64,000 nucleotides of DNA. Origin: Octopus bimaculoides. Taxonomy: Eukaryota. The DNA is taken from NCBI RefSeq assembly GCF_001194135.2, contig NC_068998.1, positions 39,083,718 to 39,147,717 of the forward strand. Reading direction: 5' to 3'. Of this stretch, positions 38,611 through 51,240 are shown one piece after another. Within the stretch, counting starts at the first letter, position 1. The number at the start of each line of letters is the position of its first letter. Below the pieces are notes generated by a model, which ran no database searches, had not been told where the DNA came from, and saw nothing but the letters and a program-made list of their open reading frames with translations. Position numbers and translations under genes: made by a program.

Positions 38611-39419
38611 AGTCCAGTTGTTTTTTATTATCGGTTGTGATGGTGGTGAAATATTGATGGGTAAGGGAGATTCTCGGTGATGTAATTCTGGGGGATAGAT
38701 AAAATGAAATATTTGATATGGAGTTTGGTGGCCTAGTGAGAAATATGTTAGGTACAGTCAATAAGTTCAAAGGTGGAATATTGAGAAATATGCTAGGGGT
38801 TTGGGTTTAAAGTAGGAATGATATTACAGTCAATATGTTCAAAGGAGATGTGACTGTTGTTGGCTTGAAGAGATAAAGAGTAGATAAATATGATCAAGGA
38901 CTGTCAAGTGTTGAAAATTGAGAACATATTCAGCTTTCAGTTTTAGCTATGATAGGTATACATATATATATATATATACACACACAAACACACATACAGG
39001 CGGGTGGGCAGAGAGAGAGTGAGTGAGTTCTTGTTTAGCCCCAAGTTAGCCATGATCAATCAGACCTAATGATCAAAAACATTCCTGTTATGACTATCCC
39101 ATTTTTTTACCTATTTGCTTGGAATCCAGATTCATAGTATCCAATATGTCCTTTTTGTAGGGAGTGATTTTAAGGAGTGGTGGTCATAGCAGTAGCAATA
39201 CTCACACTATCCAGATGTGTGAACAATGTTTCAGTGCAGTGTATATCTGTGCCTCAGTCAACACATGCCCTACTATTGGGGATCCTAATTATTTTTCTAA
39301 TTTCTATTGTATCCTTTGATTGATGTAAACCCCACCTGATTTTGTTTTTGTTTTCATGTGTTGTAACATCCTTTGATATTGTCCCCCATGTCTTGGGCCC
39401 TTGTGGCCAATAAAAGAAA

Positions 39420-39474
<55 letters not shown>

Positions 39475-39828
39475 TTTTGTTCATGTATAAGTACATGTGT
39501 ATTCTTCATCATTTTATATATCTTATTCAATTTTAGAAAAATTGAAGCATGTCTTTGACGATTCCAGAGCATGTTGAACTTATTTTTGCATAACTTTTGG
39601 TCTATCTTATATTAACTGGGAACCAAAACCGTTGTGAAAAACTATTCCATCAAGAATTCATCAATTCTCAATAGTAATTGCCATATTTATTGAGAAAAAG
39701 GTCACATGAAATAGTGTGGTGTTCATTCATTTTTCCATACATCTTTATTATTTTTCCTTACATCTTACTTAACTCAATGTCTTATGCTTCGTTACAATAT
39801 ATTTATTTGTTTGTTTTCATCTTTTCAG

Positions 39829-40014
39829 CAAAGGAAATGTCAGCAACTCATTTTGAACAAGTTAACTGCTGAGAAAATTGACTTTGTTCAAATTGATATA
39901 ACAGACCCCAGATATGCAAGCGAACGAACTCTGATGCGAGAGAATAGCAAACCAAAGACAGAAGGGGCTGTCCCAGTACCTCCTCAAGTTTTTAATGAAT
40001 CAGAATATTGTGGG
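39829..40014 (+). CDS. SH3BGRL: Second coding exon of SH3BGR/SH3BGRL-family protein (QRKCQQLILNKLTAEKIDFVQIDITDPRYASERTLMRENSKPKTEGAVPVPPQVFNESEYCG)
   Basis: Acceptor gtttgttttcatcttttcag| at 39828, donor GGG|gtgagt at 40014/40015, 186 nt, phase 0-0. The motifs DIT...MREN...P.PPQVFNE.EYCG are typical of the SH3BGR family. Confidence 0.93.
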
Positions 40015-40104
40015 GTGAGTAGGATGTAGAAATAATCTTTTTTTAAAAAATGCAAATGAATGACAGAAATGTAATGTACTGTATTAAAATGTCTTGCAGT
40101 ATTT

Positions 40105-40313
40105 AATTTTGGCACAAGGCCAGTAATTTCAGAAGAGGACTAAGTTGATTACATCAACCCCAGTTTTCAACTGCTACTTATTTTATGAACCCCAAAAGAG
40201 ATGAAAGACAAAGTTGACCTCGACAGAATTTGAACTCAGAATATAAAGATTGACAAAATGCCACTAAGCATTTTGCCTGGCGTGCTAATGATTCTGCTAG
40301 CTTGCTGCCTTCT
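40105..40313 (-). mobile_element. SINE family A with 11-bp TSD, 90 bp downstream of the coding exon
   Basis: ttgcagtattt at 40094-40104 and 40314-40324. Confidence 0.85.
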
Positions 40314-40674
40314 TTGCAGTATTTGATATTAACATCCTGAGTTCAAGTCCTTCTTGAGCTAACTTCATATTTTTATTTGCCCAGGTGTTAATAAAATGAT
40401 TAATTGATAAGGATATATGGGGGTGGGGGTGGTTTAATCAACCATACTTCTCTTTAAATGTGTGATTTTCAGTCAAGGTAAACAAATCGATAATTAAAAC
40501 ATACGCTACATCAATTCATATGGATTAATAAATCCTCTTCCAGCCATAAACGTTCTTAGTTTATCTATGTAGCTATTTGTAGGTTAAAACCTTAAATTAG
40601 AGAGAACAGTGGAGAAATAAGTATGTATGAATACATGCATGTATGTATATGTGTGTGTGTGTTTATATATGGTT

Positions 40675-40707
<33 letters not shown>

Positions 40708-40789
40708 TTATATATGGTTTGTGTGTGTGTGCATTTAATAGCAATTCATATTTACTTTTGTGTGTCTTTCAATTAAAATATTTTTCATT

Positions 40790-41012
40790 TTTTACTTGTC
40801 TCAGTCATTGAACTGTCCCCATGCTGATGCACCACTTTGAAAGGTTTTAGTCTTACAAATCATCCCCAGTACTTGTTTTTTTAAAATTTTTTTTTTTTTT
40901 CAGACTGGTACTTATTCTAATGGTCTCTTTTTCTGAACTACTAAGTTACCGGGATGTAAAAAAACAAAAAAACCAATATTGGTTGTTAAACTGTGGTGGG
41001 GACACACACATG

Positions 41013-41043
<31 letters not shown>

Positions 41044-41207
41044 TGATGGGCTTCTTTCAGTTTTGATTTATCAAATCCACCCCACAATGTTTTGGTCAGC
41101 CTGGGGCTATATTACAAGGCACTTGCCCAAGGTGCTGCACATGGGGACTGAACCTGAGACCTTGTGGTTGGGAAGCAAACTTCTTGCCACACAGCCATAC
41201 TTGCACC
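40790..41207 (-). mobile_element. Composite SINE family B
   Basis: Reversed head ggtgcaagtatggctgtgtggcaagaagtttgcttcccaacc...gcaccttgggcaagtgcc, a (CA)n middle and the 3' module. Confidence 0.8.
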
Positions 41208-43681
41208 TATAAAAAATGATCTCTGGTTTTGACATTTTTTAGATTCATTTAAATTTGTATGTTTTAATTGAAAATTTCTTTCGCAACAAGACCAAATAAT
41301 TTTACATTTTGCCATATGGCACTGTCTATTTTCATTTTATTGTCAAGCCAGCATTACTCCCTGCCCAGATTCAACAAAATTCTTATAACATTTTAAATCC
41401 TAAACAAGAGAATATATATATGTGTGTGTGTGTGTGTTTAGTCTCTTGCTTAGAATATTGTTTTTTGAGCAAAACACTTCATTTCATGTTGTTCCAGACC
41501 CCCTTTTGATCAGGAGAAAATGTTGGCCTGTTTGCCTAGCCAGTGGGGTGGCATCATTTGAAGGCTAAAACAATGCAAGAGTGCATTGTGACCAGTGATG
41601 TTAAAACAACATCTGAGAACCTGGTTGGTCACATGATCACATAATGTATCAGTTTGTTACTCTTTTTAAAAGTAAACTTTGCAAGACTTCTGAGACTGCT
41701 GTTTGTTGGACAGCTGTATGCAGACCAGCAACTCATTCTGAATGTTTATAATACTAGTTCTTTCTGTTCTGATTGATAAAGCCTGTAGTGGCACTGGTGC
41801 CAAACTGTATCTGTCTTTTAAGAAAAGTCTTTGTCTTGGACAACACTTTAAACATGAAGTGAGAAGACTTACATGCATGGACAGTTGCTGTCTTCCACAA
41901 AATACTTTGGTTAGGTCTGTGTTTACAGGTCTAGTCCTATGATCAACTCTGACTTCCAATAATCTGTAGAAGAGTGTAGTTAAAAGTTAGCTACATGTGT
42001 TCAAAAGGAGGTGACAAAAGCCACTTAAGAGAAATTGGTGCCATTATTGTAGCTGTAGAAGATACATGAATGTTGAAGGATTTTAATGCTGAAGTGGTTT
42101 TCTACCATGCCAATGTTTTTAGGGTTGTTTTTTTTTTCTTGGGTCCTATCCATTAGCTTTAGGCGTCAACATACTGTAGTAGATTTTTAGATGCCTGTGA
42201 TGTTTAAGTAGATAATTAGGTATATTGATTGATAACTTAAAGAATGTTGTTTGGAGAAAGAAAAAAATTTCTCTTCATCAAAAATAAAAAAATTATCTGG
42301 CTGTATTCTATAATAGTGTTATGCTAACGAGTTTCATTTTGGAAGAAAATTCTTCATACAAGGAAGAAGAAGAAAAATTGTTTAACTAAAATAATTGGTT
42401 TGTTGTTACAAATTTTCTGGAATATGTTCAAAAAATGTAGAAGAATTAAAATTTATTACTTTCAACAGCAGTGCGGTGACATGTTGTATAGGAGCTGCCT
42501 TCTAAAATAGGATTTATACCTTTTACTAGGCAGGTTGGCATGACTTGGGGAACAGTTGCCAAATTATATTACAATGCTGATATACAATCTTCCTTTGGCA
42601 GAGAGTATGAGAAGCAATAAATATCATTATCTTTGAAAATCAGTAAACTTTCTTACATTTTTATTTATTGAAATTAAGAGGAAAGCAGGAAGAAAACAAT
42701 TTTTTTAAATGTTTTGAAATATGTAAAATTTTTAGAATAAAAATATTTTTTTTATCTCTTCACATCTGATAATAAGCCCATTCAAATTTTCCTATTTTTA
42801 TAAAAGGGGGTGGTGGTGGTGGTCGGTGGAGTGTAACTAGTTGTAAGTGGATTTTTAAAAATATGAGCCATTCTTTCATGATCTAACGCTTTGTCAGAAT
42901 TTCTGAATATGTCCATTATTCATCTCCTGTATTTTTTCGCTAATATTTAGGAGGAGTTATTTATATTGTTTGCTGCAAGTTTCTGGAATTTTAATAAGTA
43001 TATAGCGTAAAAATCAGATAACACTATAATACATGAGCTACATTATCACATCTTGGTTTTCTATAACCGTTATCATTTTTACTTGTTCAGTTTATATAGT
43101 TTTATGCTTTACTTCCATTTACAAACCACCACCACCATCATCACCACTATTATTGTCACCACCACCATGACAAGGGCAAAAATATCCTTTAAGATATTTA
43201 TCAAGTGTGTTTTACTATATTTTATTTTCAAAATAAATCATCCAATGTTTTTGCCCCTCTCTTTTGTCTAATTGAATCTTTGTGTTCAGTAATCAGTCAT
43301 CTCATGTTAATAGTTCTTGACGTTTTTTTTTTTCCTCCTGCAAGTTTTATTACATGTTGAATCACCATACATCTAACCTCAATGTGGAATGATTACTTGA
43401 TTAGGAAAATTCTCTTTAAGCCTACAAGACGAATGCTTCTTTCTTGCAAAGTTCAACTTTACGATTATTGATAATATTGTTGCTCTTATTGATGTTAGTT
43501 AGAAGTCCTTATTGATGTGACTAATCAATAATATTAATGTAAAGATACAGTAGAATAGCAGAAATGCTAGAGTGTCCAATTAAATTCCTTGTATCATTTA
43601 GTCTTAACCCTTTGGTACAGAGTTTAAATTACATTGAAGTTGGTTTTACCTTTCATCCCTCTGGGGTTGATAATGTAAGTA

Positions 43682-43868
43682 CAGTTTGCGAATCTATCAT
43701 CTGAAATTCCTGCAACCAAAAGTATCACAGATTTCAGATCCTTTTTGGATTCTGGAGTATTTTTATATTTGCATCGATAAAATGAGAAAGCCTACAGATG
43801 GGGCCTGTATTTAAAACACAATATCCATTTACATTTCATGATACAGCTTATGCATATACCCTGAATAT
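43682..43868 (+). mobile_element. Tigger4/Zombi-like DNA transposon 5' end (continues at 44535-44570)
   Basis: TA|CAGTTTGCGAATCTATCATCTGAAATTCCTGCAACCAAAAGTATCACAGATTTCAGAT... is colinear with the recalled Tigger4 5' end; interrupted by an RTE insertion. Confidence 0.6.
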
Positions 43869-44523
43869 CATCATCGTTTCCTGCTATCTTCACTTGCAGT
43901 AGAATTCACGCCAACATAAGATAGTTGCCGCCACAGTATTTGATCTTTGGCAAGGGCATTCAGGAGAAGCTATGTCAAGACCTGTCCATGTTGTGGTGTT
44001 ATCTCTCCATCTTTTAGGTTGCCGACCTTTGTTTCTCTTTCCATTAATCACGCTTTCTAACAGATCTTGCTGATGCCACAAACCATTCGTTCAGTGTGGC
44101 CAAGCAATTTGAGTTCGTTATTTTTGATGTCAGAGGTGACCGGTGGTAATTTGGTCATTTATCTTAAATTCTGAGGTGGTCTGAGAATTTGGTGTTAGTA
44201 ATAAGTTGCATCACATGATTCTGAAAGACTTCCAGTTTTTGTAGTGCAACAGAAGTCCAGTTGACACATTCTAGCCCATATAAAGCATCTGGAAGAACAC
44301 AGGCGTTGTAGATGCTTGATTTTATGTGGTACAAGATTCATTTTTGCTCTTATCAAAGGCTGCCTACCAAGTTCAATTCTATGGTTCACAGCTATCATTC
44401 CATTGTTTTTTGAAGAGAGTTTGTGTCTGAAGTAGATGAATTCAGAGACTTGCTTTACTGGGTTGCATTTTTAGGTTGAGGTCCAGATTGGATTTGTCTG
44501 CTGTCATGCATTCTGTTTTTGAC
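43869..44523 (-). mobile_element. 5'-truncated RTE LINE with 11-bp TSD
   Basis: accctgaatat at 43858-43868 and 44524-44534; (GAT)n tail. Frameshifted peptides KTECMT, IYNACVLP, LLYGLEC, KLEVFQ, KLLGHTER and INGKRNKGRQPKRWRDNTTTWTGL. Confidence 0.9.
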
Positions 44524-44769
44524 ACCCTGAATATAGTTTTGTATAAATTTTTGATAATGTTTTATACATAGTAACAGTAAGCATTATACATAGTAACAGT
44601 AAGTGGTAGAATGCTCACCTGCCACATGGCCAGACATGTTCTTGTAGAATATTGAAAATGAATGACCCTGCTTGTATGTTAGTGACACTTGTTTACAACA
44701 ATCACACAATGTTAAGAAAGGGAGATACAAAGTACACACTCACACACATATGCATATATATATATATAT

Positions 44770-44965
44770 ATATCATCATCATCATCATTGTTTAATGTCC
44801 GCTTTCCATGCTAGCATGGGTTGGACGATTTGACTGAGGACTGGTGAAAACCAGATGGCTACACCAGGCTCCAATCTGATTTGGCAGAGTTTCTACAGCT
44901 GGATGCCCTTCCTAACGCCAACCATTCAGAGAGTGTAGTGGGTGCTTTTACGTGCCACCGACACG
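44770..44965 (-). mobile_element. RTE 3' end / RTE-tailed retroposon
   Basis: Reversed ggcgttaggaagggcatccagctgtagaaactctgcc...gcatggaaagcggacattaaacaatgatgatgatg. Confidence 0.8.
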
Positions 44966-44985
44966 AAGCCAATATATATATAACC

Positions 44986-45023
44986 TCTTTCTGTTGAAGA
45001 GTGTAGGCTTGAAACATCAAAGA
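44986..45023 (+). ncRNA. Second, more decayed copy of the variant hammerhead motif (PLE fragment at about 44986-45110)
   Basis: TCTTT-CTGTTGA-A-GAGT-GTAG-GCTT-GAAA-CAT-C-AAAGA; the downstream flank is homologous to that of the 31796 copy. Confidence 0.6.
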
Positions 45024-45689
45024 CTTTTCCATTCTCCTTGAGAGTCAAACTAATACACTTGCTTGTTGTTCCCTCACCTGCTGTCTTCATCTTTTGTTTT
45101 CTATAAATTTGAATTATATATTCATATATATTACACACACACACACACACGATGGACTTCATTCTGTGTCTGTTTTGTCTGTTTACTAAATCCACTCATA
45201 TGGCTTTGGTTGGCTGCGAGCTATATATCGGAGAAGACACTTACCCAGGGTGCTACACAGTGGGACCGAACCTGAAACCATGTGGTTGGAAAGCAAACCG
45301 TTGTGGTAGCGCTGTGGTTACTGTTGCAGCAGTTACAGTAATTATTAGTATCTGATGGAAGAATTGGTGGCAAGTTGGACAAAATGATTTTCAGCATTCC
45401 ATTGACTCCTTTATATTTTGAGTTCAAGTCCAATTAATCTCAACATTGCCTTTGAGGTAAATAAAAGAAGTACTCACTACGTACTTGGGTTGATATCACC
45501 AACTGGATCATATTCCTCTTCCAAACGTATGCCCATGTCATTGTATTAAGTTAAGTATCATTACTGTTGTAGTTCTTGTTATAACTATTATTTGTGTTCT
45601 TGTTGAGACTAAGTTGATTCTTGATTAGTGTTTTATTATTCTGCTCAAGCTAACTAATTCAGGTATCATTCATTAGAAACTACTATTAA

Positions 45690-46060
45690 TCAGGGAAAAT
45701 TAAAAGCAACAACAAAAATGTAAACTGTATCACCTCTTCTGTCATCACAACCACCATCACTATCGTCATGAAGATTATTGCTATCCCCACTTTCCATCCG
45801 CATCATTATCGCTATCCCTGTCATAATCATTAGCGTCATCACCACTATCATCAAAACTAGTTCTGTTATCATCCTAATCATCATCATCATCACTGACTCT
45901 CTTGTCATTGCTTTCATCATCACTAGCTCTGTTATCATTACTTTCATTATTGTCACTAACCCTGTTATCATTGCTTTTATCATCATCACTGGATCTGCCT
46001 TCAGCATCACCACCACTCATCACCACTGCCACCTTCATCATCATCATCATCATCATCCTG
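45690..46060. repeat. Degenerate (CAT)n trinucleotide repeat
   Basis: Ile/His/Met/Asp-run ORFs in several frames; a similar tract lies at 57520-57760. Confidence 0.9.
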
Positions 46061-46366
46061 ACATTATTTTTATTAATAATGTATTGTTACAGCAACTGGC
46101 AACAATTTGATGATTTAAATGTCCTCCTATAGTCACATTGATTCTCCATGTCAAATATGGATTAAGTGTCACTGTGGTAATATGAATTAAAATGGATTAA
46201 ATGGATGTTGTCATAGCAACATAAGCTAGATGTATCACCATGGAGTCGTGAATTAACTATGTCACAGTAGTTGTGTTGATATGGTGTGTCCCACTATGGT
46301 GTCACTCGGATTCGGTATTCTCAAGTCATGACTGTGGCTTCGGTGTACACCACCATGGCAGTTTCT

Positions 46367-46602
46367 TATTTCTTTACTACCCACAAGGGGCTACACACAG
46401 AGAGGACAAACAAGGACAGACAAATGGATTAAGTCAATTATATCGACCCCAGTGCGTAACTGGTACTTATTTGATCGACCCCGAAAGGATGAAAGGTAAA
46501 GTCGACCTCGGCGGAATTTGAACTCAGAATGTAACAGCAGACGAAATACTGCTAAGCATTTCGCCCAGCGTGCTAACGTTTCTGCCAGCTCACCACCTTT
46601 AA
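46367..46602 (-). mobile_element. Young SINE family A with 12-bp TSD
   Basis: atggcagtttct at 46355-46366 and 46603-46614. Confidence 0.92.
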
Positions 46603-47169
46603 ATGGCAGTTTCTATTAAGTGTTTTTTAACTAAGGCACTGTTAAATACCTCAGTGTCTTTGGGTATGCTATATAATTGTATCTGATGCACCCACATAAA
46701 ACTGTGGATTAGTTATGTCTCATTAGATCTGATGTACCCACATAGGTCAGTAGATTAACCTAGTACCATCGTTAAAGATCTATGAACTAAATACTCTGCT
46801 ATGATTGAATTACATTCACGAGAATATTCTTTTAAAAGCTTGACGATCTAAGAGTTGTTTCTTCTTTTATCATGACAGTTTCTAAATATACCACAAAATG
46901 TCTACAATCAGTTTGTGATGTAAATCTGTAGTTAAATAACCAGTATTTTCTCTCAGTCGGTACAACCCTCCCCTTCACATACATCCATCTCTATATCCCT
47001 CAATGCTGGCTTATGAGTCACGAGCCATGAGTAGAAGATAAAAGATCAGACATTATCTAAAGCGAGCTGCTGTTGTCAAAAAATAGAAAACTAAGTTCAC
47101 ATTGCTTTGTGTGTGTAGTTGGATTAAATGAATATCTAGATTGCCATTGTCTGTGTCTTCTATAACACA

Positions 47170-47207
<38 letters not shown>

Positions 47208-47379
47208 AATGGTGATTTCCAGCAGCAACTAATATTTCTTATGTTAGTACAATGCATAAAAGTTTTAGAAAAAGAGAGAGAAATGAAAATCTGTAACATT
47301 TAAGCATGTTTTTCAAGACTTTAAACTTGGTTTGCTGGAAACATATTTCTCGCTCTACAGCAGTTCTAAATATTTTTTT

Positions 47380-47830
47380 AGGCTGGCACAATACCCAAAA
47401 TGTTGGAACTGCATCAGGTTCCATAGTTTGTTTTGGCATGGTTTCTACAGTTGGATGCCCTTCCTAACACTAACCTTTAGTTGGCAAACACCTACCTCTA
47501 GTTGGCGAACACCTACCTCTAGTTGCCGAACACCTACCTCTACACTAAATTTGTCACTGTACTCATGGTTAACTCTTACCTTACTAACAACACCCCTGTA
47601 CATAGCCTGTATTGCTTTCATAAGCAATTTGTCAACCTCTAGCTTCCCCAGAGACCACCATATCACAGAGCGAGGTACTCTGTCAAGGGCTTTCTCGAGA
47701 TCAACAAATGCCAAGTGCAGAAGCTTGTTTTTGGCTAAATACTTCTCTTGCTGTTGCCTGACTATGAAGATAGCATCTGTGGTGCTTCTCTCTAGGACAA
47801 AGCCAAACTGTATTTCATCTAATCTAATTC
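47380..47830 (-). mobile_element. RTE LINE reverse-transcriptase fragment fused to the RTE 3' tail
   Basis: IQFGFVLERSTTDAIFIVRQQQEKY...LAFVDLEKALDRVPRSVIWWSL...VGVRQ, then a 21-nt triplication and gtgttaggaagggcatccaactgtagaaacc. Confidence 0.9.
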
Positions 47831-48789
47831 TGTTCCTAATTAATCAGGCTATAAAACATGCATATACACATACTTACACTCACTAGTTGATGGTAGGAAA
47901 GATATCCAATTCACAAAGAACTGTCTCCAGTTATGTGTTGTTCTTATCTACACACTATTGCACTTTTGTTTTTGTTACTGTTGCTATAGCGAGGAGCATA
48001 ATCAGGTTAGTGGCTTGTAAACAATCCATACATGGAGAGAAAAAAGTAGTCGCTAAAAGAAATTAGGTACTCATTAAATTTAAAAAGAGAAACATTTCCT
48101 CATCTTTTCCTGCCCTTATTTACATGCAAAATGTCTTTACACAAACTTGCTGGAACCTTGTATTGTACAGATATAGACATAGTCTACTCTCACTAAACAT
48201 GTAAGGTTTTTGCTATTTGGAGTTATTAGTGGTAAAAAAACGAAATAGTAGCAATTTATTTTCAGTAATGACAAGTTGATCCAATTAAATACCATAGTTA
48301 AGATGTCCTTCTGATCTCTCTCCCACCCACCTCTTGTAAAAGGCTTATCAAAATGTCTTTATTAAATTGCCAAGACAGTGGCTCTCGAAATGAAATCTAC
48401 CCACTTCTCATTCATTCCACTTCTCTTCTTAAAGAGTGTAGTCTATGTGTGAGCAATGTCTTTTCTTAAGTGCAGTGTTTATTTGATTGTCATATTGTTT
48501 AGAAATTGCTTGAGTTAGCTGTGATATTTTGCATTCTCCTCCTACATATAAACACAATAGAGGATTGGTGACAATTACTGTGACATCAGAACATTCCCCT
48601 GTTTTTGGTAAGAAAGTTTCCATATAGTCACTGAGGCAGCCATGGGGTGCATATAAGATGTCCCAAAAGTTAGGATTTATAATGTACATTTAATGTGCTC
48701 ACTCAGAAGTAAAGTTTAGAAAGAAGATCATCCAAACAGCCTGTCCTGATTTACTTTCCCAAATATACATCAGTCAAACTTTGAGAAGA

Positions 48790-49370
48790 TGGTGGTATTT
48801 TGAGCTGTGTGGTAATATTTATCCCTACATAAATGTGGATGTTTTATCAGAACAAGCTATACTGCAGCAGTTACCGTGAGAAAATCTCTCACATTGGCTT
48901 TTGTTGCATAATGCACTCTTGTTTGTATCACTAGTGGGGAGTAAAATCCCAGCTACCTCTCCAGTGCCAAGACCACCAGCTTATGTGGTTTTGAACTTTG
49001 GTTTTATCAACGATGCACGCTTGACTGCTAGAGATAGCAGCAATCCATCTCCCTGCCAGCAACATATAGAAAATCAGTGCCAAAACAGATGCTGCTATCA
49101 CGATTAGCCAGTTAGCTCATTAAGCAAAATATGTATTAGCGACAGAGGCAGTATTAATACTGAGAAGTAATATTTATCCCCACTTAAATGTGGATATTCT
49201 ATTGGAACAGACTATACTGCAGCAGTTTCCATGAGAAAATTTCTCATATTGAGTTTTGGCACAAAATACACTCTTGTTAATATTGCTAGTGGGGAGATAA
49301 ATCCCCACCACCTCCAGCACCAAGACCACAAGATCATGTGATTTCGACCTTCCTTGGTCTTATCAATGAT
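48790..49370 (+). repeat. Two direct copies (about 350-bp period) of an unclassified dispersed repeat; third copy at about 36545-36700
   Basis: Shared gtaatatttatccc.act.aaatgtggat...tatactgcagcagtt..c.tgagaaaat...cactcttgtt...ctagtggggag. Confidence 0.75.
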
Positions 49371-50464
49371 GTGTTGCATGCATATCCCTGTTTTTTAAGA
49401 ACAGGGTTAATGTACCTCTGCATGTTATAAGTGCCTAAAGGGGTTGGTGTCAGAAAAAGCATCTGGTCATAAAACACTGCCTCAGAATCTATGCCAACAT
49501 GGAAAAATGGACATAAAAACAATGCTAGTGATCATACTATTTCAATAGAACTGTCACTTGCAAATGATTATGATTTAGTTTTGTTTGTTTTTTAGTTGTC
49601 CATATGGTTGTGGACATCTCCTCCACCTTCACTTCCTTGACCCAGTAACATCCAGAACATAATAGCTAGAGGGGAAAGAGGTTTGCATTATGCTTCTGAC
49701 TGTTACATTATTTTATCAACCCTGAAAGAACGAAAGGCAAACTTGACCTCGGCAGCATTTGAACTCAATGTAAAGAGACAGAACAAATACTGCAAGATAG
49801 TTTGTCTGATGCACTAATAATGATTTTGCCAGTTCACTACCATTTAGTGGCTGTAGTAATAGGATCAGTATTAGCTAAACACTGTGTTGCACAACTGTAT
49901 TCAAATATTGCAAACCTTCCACTTCCAACCTACTCACTGAACACTTAAAGTTGTTTGTCAATCTTTTTCTTTGGTTGTGTTTGTGTGGTGGGAATGGGAA
50001 AGGTTAGATGGATTCCAAGTGATTAGTCTGAACAAGTTAAGGAACCCAGGGCAACTGATATGTGTTAATGGCTTTAATGATTTATTTGAACAACGACAAT
50101 GGTGGTGGTGGTGGTGGGGCGAGTGGTTGGATTTAATTAGATTTGTTTAGTTTTACTTTATTTCAACACTTAGCAATCAAACAGCAAATACATTCATATA
50201 TTTGTAGTTATACAGATGGAGGCAAGGTGGGTTGAGGAAAGGGGAGAGAGTTCAGGTATATGCTAATATTTCGGTGTGGGGTGGGGGGTGGGGGAATCAC
50301 TAGGGAGAGTGTGAAATGAGTCCTGAAAGCATTTATTTGGTGGAAATTTGCCAACAAACAATAATGCTCTTGTGTGTGTACGGAAATTGAGCGTAAATGA
50401 TATTAAATAAAGGTCTGGGAATTTAAAGTTTGTGTGTTCATGCTATATACTGTATATGTATGTA

Positions 50465-50505
<41 letters not shown>

Positions 50506-50879
50506 ACACTACTACTACTACTTTTATTGCTAGGTAATCAGCAATTCACAATGTTTTGGTAATGCTGTGTCAGAACATATAATTAGAAATGTTCTTATTT
50601 ATGGAGGTAGGGGTTATCTTAAATTATTTCCTGAGAAAATTTTAAGTCTCTCTCTCCAACCACCTCCCACCTCCACTCAGCACCACTGCCTCTGTCCTCT
50701 TATGTTTCCACTTAATCTTCAAATCAACCTTAATATCCTCCCACAAAATGTGCGACCTTGTGCCAACCCTAGTAACCATTAACGTGACAGTGGCTTTGAT
50801 TGTTTGTTCTTGTTAATGCCCTAGGTCATCTTTAATTGAGTAGACCTATAACACTGTAACATGATTTTTGTCCTTGGTT

Positions 50880-51240
50880 AGCAAATGTTATTTCCTAATT
50901 GCTTACCCCTAGAAAATATGAAAAATGGCTAATATTTCCTTCAAACTTTGCTTTTGTTACATTTATTCAAAACTTCAAAGAATCTCTCTCAACACATGGA
51001 TATGAAACTCTCCAACTACTCCTGCTCATGATCAGAGGTGCACATGTTGTCAGCCACTAATTGACATGTTCAAGTGGTTATGGTCAAGCAACTGACAAGC
51101 AAATCTGTGATATTGATCAAAATACTTGTTATAATGATACTTCTGCTTCAGCAGCTCAGTGCTGCATATGTCTGAAATGTAATGGAAAATAGGTCAGTTT
51201 CAAAACATCAATGTCCAGATCACAAAATCAAAGATAAAAG
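50880..51240 (+). repeat. Unclassified dispersed repeat; second copy at about 63680-64000
   Basis: Shared ttgctta.ccctagaaa.tatgaaaaatggctaatatttcct.caaact...gaatctctctcaacacatgg...gatcagaggtgca. Confidence 0.8.

Noticed and set aside
45690-46132. Overlapping ORFs rich in M/I/H/D
   Set aside because: Translations of a degenerate (CAT)n repeat.
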